Assembly (NCBI GenBank): GCA_043803685.1
Contig: JAZDJU010000063.1
Location: 1 to 17,812 of the forward strand
Source of the DNA: Candidatus Omnitrophota bacterium
GTDB lineage: Bacteria > Omnitrophota > Omnitrophia > Omnitrophales > Aquincolibacteriaceae
Direction of reading: 5' to 3'
Length of the DNA stretch: 17,812 nt
Shown here: piece after piece, positions 14,799 to 17,812 of the stretch
Layout: the number at the start of each line of letters is the position of its first letter
How positions within the stretch are numbered: the first letter of the stretch is position 1
Program-made: the position numbers and the translations under genes
Notes under the pieces: model-generated
Database searches by the model: none
Told to the model about the DNA's origin: nothing
What the model saw: only the letters and a program-made list of their open reading frames with translations

Positions 14799-17250
14799 CC
14801 GCCACCACAAGGTTGACCGTACGCCCCGGAACGACAATAATTTTTTTCACGACCTTCCCGACGAGAAGTTCTTTCACGCGCGGGTGCTCCAGGGACGCTT
14901 GTTTGACCGCATCTTCGCTCTGACTACGAGAAACGACCATTTTCGCGCGTACTTTACTCCCTACCAGAATAGCGATCTCGACCTCGTCCTCGACAAGAGA
15001 CTTCTCATCGTATTCAGGCCATTTCTCATAAGTAAGCGTGTTGGCGTGCCCCATCCGTCGCCAGAGCTCCTCGGCCACGTGAGGCGCGAGCGGTGCCAGA
15101 AGAAGGAGGAATTTTTCGAGCACTTCGCGCGTATGGTCCTGCTCCTGCCCCCTCTCGTTCACAAAGATCATCAAGGCTGATATCGCCGTATTGAACCTCA
15201 ATCCCTCAAGATCTTCCGTCACTTTTTTGACCGCCTTGTGGAGCGTCTTTAGCTCAGCGGCATCTGGTAGACGCTCAACGATCCTCGCGTGCAACTTGTC
15301 GTCTTTATCGATGAAAAGCCGCCACACTTTCCCAAGAAACCGGTAGACGCCTTCCACTCCGGAATTCGACCACGGCTTGGTCATCTCCAAGGGCCCCATG
15401 AACATTTCGTAAAGCCTGAGACTGTCGGCTCCGCACTGAGCGATCATTTCATCGGGATTCACGACATTCCCGCGCGACTTGGACATCTTCTGACTGTCTT
15501 CGCCGAGGATCATGCCCTGATTCGTAAGCTTCTGGAACGGCTCAAGCGTGGACACAACGCCGATGTCATAGAGCACCTTGTGCCAAAACCTTGAATAGAG
15601 CAAATGAAGGACCGCGTGCTCCGCGCCACCGACATAGAGGTCCACATTCATCCAGTATTTTTCCTTCAAGGGATCGACCGCAGACTTCGCGTTCTTCGGA
15701 TCGATATACCGGAGGTAATACCAACATGAGCCCGCCCACTGAGGCATGGTATTGGTTTCCCGCATCGCCTCCCCACCACACTTGGGGCACTTCGAACGGA
15801 GCCAATCCTTCGCCTTGGCAAGCGGCGGCTCCGCGTTGCCGGTCGGCGTATAATCTTTCAACTCGGGAAGTTTGAGCGGCAGTTCGCTTTCAGGAATAAG
15901 GACAGGGCCGCACTTCGCGCAATGCACGACCGGGATCGGCTCGCCCCAGTAACGCTGACGGCTAAAGAGCCAGTCGCGAAGCTTGTACTGGACCGCCTCT
16001 TTGCCGAATTTCTTCTCCTCGAGCCATTTCGTGATCCTTTGCTTGGCCTCAGGTGTCGGGAGTCCGCTGATAAAATCAGAATTAACGCTCGTGCCATCGC
16101 CAACAAATCCTAACGACTCTTTTCCCTCAGGCGCCTGTACCACGATATCAACCGGAAGTCCGTAGACCCTGGCAAATTCCAGATCGCGGGTATCGTGTCC
16201 CGGAACAGCCATGATCGCCCCGGTGCCGTAGCCCATGAGAACATAATCCGCGACCCACACCGGGATCTTCTTGCCATTCACGGGATTGATCGCATAGGAC
16301 CCAGTGAACACTCCCGATTTTTCTTTGGCGAGATCGGTACGGTCGAGATCGGACTTGTGCGTCGCAGTCGCTACGTAATCTTCAACAGCTTTCTTCTGGG
16401 CTAGCGTCGTGATCTTCGCGACCATCGAATGCTCGGGAGCCAAAACCATGTAGGTCGCTCCGAAAAGCGTGTCAGGGCGTGTGGTAAAGACACGAATGAC
16501 GTCCGCGCCATTTTCTAATTTAAAATCGACTTCCGCGCCAGTGGACTTTCCGATCCAGTTGCGCTGCATCTCTTTGATCGACTCGGTCCAATCCAGAAGG
16601 TCCAGATCCTTCAAAAGGCGCTCGGCATAGGCGGTGATCTTGAGGATCCACTGACGAAGCGGACGGCGGTAAACATCCTTGTGACCTTTCCGCTCGCAAG
16701 TTCCGTTCGCGTCCACTTCCTCGTTCGCGAGGACCGCTTTACAACCGTCGCACCACCACACCGGGATCTCGGACTCGTAGGCCAGGCCTTTTTCGAAAAG
16801 CTTCATGAAGATCCACTGAGTCCAGCGGAAATAATGGGGATCGGTCGTATCGATCTCACGCTCCCAGTCATAACTGAAGCCGACCTGGCGGATCTGTCGT
16901 TTGAAGGTCTCGATATTCTTCCGGGTGGTTTCGCGGGGATGCGTGCCCGTCTCAATGGCGTATTGTTCGGCAGGTAGCCCGAAAGCGTCCCACCCCATGG
17001 GATGCAGAACATTGAACCCGCGCATCCTCTTATAGCGGCAGACAATATCCGTTGCGGTGTAGCCCTCAAGATGGCCTACATGAAGGCCGGAACCGGAAGG
17101 ATAAGGGAACATATCAAGAACGTAATACTTGGGTTTATCGCCACCGGGTTCCCCTGGATCCGGAGAGCGGAAGGTCCGATGCTCAGCCCAGTAGGCCTGC
17201 CATTTTTTCTCGATCTCGTCGAAAGGATACGCCTTAAAACCGCTGGCCAT
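14791..17250 (-). CDS. leuS: Leucine--tRNA ligase
   Basis: [14 protein letters not shown] (HIGH motif), FTTRPDT and [12 protein letters not shown] editing motifs, [11 protein letters not shown] and KMSKS; 819 aa. Confidence 0.99.
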   Translation of the reverse strand: MASGFKAYPFDEIEKKWQAYWAEHRTFRSPDPGEPGGDKPKYYVLDMFPYPSGSGLHVGHLEGYTATDIVCRYKRMRGFNVLHPMGWDAFGLPAEQYAIETGTHPRETTRKNIETFKRQIRQVGFSYDWEREIDTTDPHYFRWTQWIFMKLFEKGLAYESEIPVWWCDGCKAVLANEEVDANGTCERKGHKDVYRRPLRQWILKITAYAERLLKDLDLLDWTESIKEMQRNWIGKSTGAEVDFKLENGADVIRVFTTRPDTLFGATYMVLAPEHSMVAKITTLAQKKAVEDYVATATHKSDLDRTDLAKEKSGVFTGSYAINPVNGKKIPVWVADYVLMGYGTGAIMAVPGHDTRDLEFARVYGLPVDIVVQAPEGKESLGFVGDGTSVNSDFISGLPTPEAKQRITKWLEEKKFGKEAVQYKLRDWLFSRQRYWGEPIPVVHCAKCGPVLIPESELPLKLPELKDYTPTGNAEPPLAKAKDWLRSKCPKCGGEAMRETNTMPQWAGSCWYYLRYIDPKNAKSAVDPLKEKYWMNVDLYVGGAEHAVLHLLYSRFWHKVLYDIGVVSTLEPFQKLTNQGMILGEDSQKMSKSRGNVVNPDEMIAQCGADSLRLYEMFMGPLEMTKPWSNSGVEGVYRFLGKVWRLFIDKDDKLHARIVERLPDAAELKTLHKAVKKVTEDLEGLRFNTAISALMIFVNERGQEQDHTREVLEKFLLLLAPLAPHVAEELWRRMGHANTLTYEKWPEYDEKSLVEDEVEIAILVGSKVRAKMVVSRSQSEDAVKQASLEHPRVKELLVGKVVKKIIVVPGRTVNLVVADD

Positions 17251-17279
17251 GAACGGACCGTCCCTTAGAGGTAAAATAC

Positions 17280-17363
17280 TGCGGAGAGAGAGAGTCGAAC
17301 TCTCATGGTATTGCTACCGCTGGATTTTGAGTCCAGTGCGTCTGCCAGTTCCGCCATCCCCGC
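17280..17363 (-). tRNA. tRNA-Leu (anticodon CAA), CCA not encoded
   Basis: Minus strand GCGGGGATGGCGGAACTGGCAGACGCACTGGACTCAAAATCCAGCGGTAGCAATACCATGAGAGTTCGACTCTCTCTCTCCGCA: acceptor stem, CTGGA/TCCAG anticodon stem, long variable arm and GTTCGA T-loop. Confidence 0.97.
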
Positions 17364-17654
17364 AAAATCGCTCATTCAATATCATGCAGAAGTTTACTGC
17401 CTTGTTGCTAATAACATCCCCTCGAAACGTCCGCCGGAGGCCCTTTATGTCTATTTCATCGCTCACGAGGCCCAAGATGACGCCGGGTGCTATGAGTGAA
17501 AGATACTAGGCGAGTCCGGTCATTTTTTCAAGGACAGATTCAGATTTTTCAGCACGGCCTTTAAAAATCGTGGCAAAACGTTGGATGTTTTGCGCGGAGC
17601 GGAGTTTTCTGCAAGCCTGCCCCATTTTTTTGTTGCACACTTTTCGCCGATTGA

Positions 17655-17772
17655 CTAATGAAGAGCATTACAATTCCGATCTCCCTCAGAGGAATAACAG
17701 GCTGCCGGCGGTTGCCCCGCTGAGTAACATGATAAGGATATCGGGAACAACGACTTTTCCCATTCTCGCCAT
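17655..17772 (-). pseudogene. Frameshifted N-terminal remnant of a REP-associated tyrosine (RAYT / IS200-like Y1) transposase
   Basis: MARMGKVVVP, then a 1-nt frameshift near 17742 into YPYHVTQRGNRRQPV, which matches the typical RAYT N-terminus (H..QRGN.RQ). It degenerates afterwards. Confidence 0.75.
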
Positions 17773-17796
17773 CGGATCAGCTCATTCCTTCCGAGT

Positions 17797-17812
17797 TAAG
17801 TGATGTGTCCCC
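17797..17812. repeat. Possible REP-like element end next to the RAYT remnant (cut by the window edge)
   Basis: TAAGTGATGTGTCCCC sits just upstream of the RAYT start. It resembles GGGGACAC-type palindrome arms I recall flanking such genes; the partner arm is not visible. Confidence 0.3.

Noticed and set aside
12684..14837. Longer N-termini given by the track for ExeA (12725) and the glycosidase (14837)
   Set aside because: Family-typical starts are MYEAFFGL (12683) and MTKVEIK (14798); the glycosidase extension would overlap leuS by 47 bp.
13083..17268. Plus-strand and alternative-frame ORFs inside the glycosidase and leuS genes, including the 292-aa 13083..13961
   Set aside because: They are antisense shadows of well-supported genes and carry no recognisable motifs.
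17251..17363. T-box riboswitch upstream of leuS, or tRNA-Leu as the island integration site
   Set aside because: The space is occupied by the tRNA with only 29 bp to the ATG, and I saw no duplicate of the tRNA 3' end in the window.
17249..17803. ORFs 17249..17509, 17305..17499 (VYCLVANN, faintly like RAYT AYCLMxNH) and 17570..17803
   Set aside because: They are antisense to the tRNA or the RAYT remnant; the motif lacks the HUH histidines and is on the wrong strand relative to the remnant.

Overview
A bacterial window, almost entirely minus-strand, with two parts. The right part (about 10.45-17.8 kb) looks like core chromosome: a frameshifted RAYT/IS200-like transposase remnant, tRNA-Leu(CAA), leuS, a GH35/GH42-type glycosidase, an ExeA/ExeB-like pair and comEC. 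comEC breaks off at its conserved 'TG.H' motif (about 10446), which suggests an insertion or rearrangement. The left part (1 to about 10.45 kb) looks accessory and visibly more AT-rich. It carries a tandem ribbon-helix-helix ORF, a 28-bp dif-like site and arm-like repeats, then a signalling operon: a small membrane protein, a REC protein, a PhcB-like SAM methyltransferase, a 7TM-GAF histidine kinase, a second REC protein and a REC-REC protein, with no DNA-binding output domain. Next come a divergent XRE-cupin/XRE switch flanking two unannotated paralogous ORFs, and a promoter bracketed by 13-bp inverted repeats with a GGCTGAGT repeat cluster. Last is the 5' end of a large secreted protein that the ORF track misses, with a JAB/MPN+-like metal motif followed by ~176-aa repeats. 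My best hypothesis (inference) is an island inserted in comEC that encodes a quorum-sensing-like circuit and a possibly phase-variable large surface protein. Gene style suggests a PVC-group organism such as Omnitrophota, but this is unverified. No integrase is present in the window.
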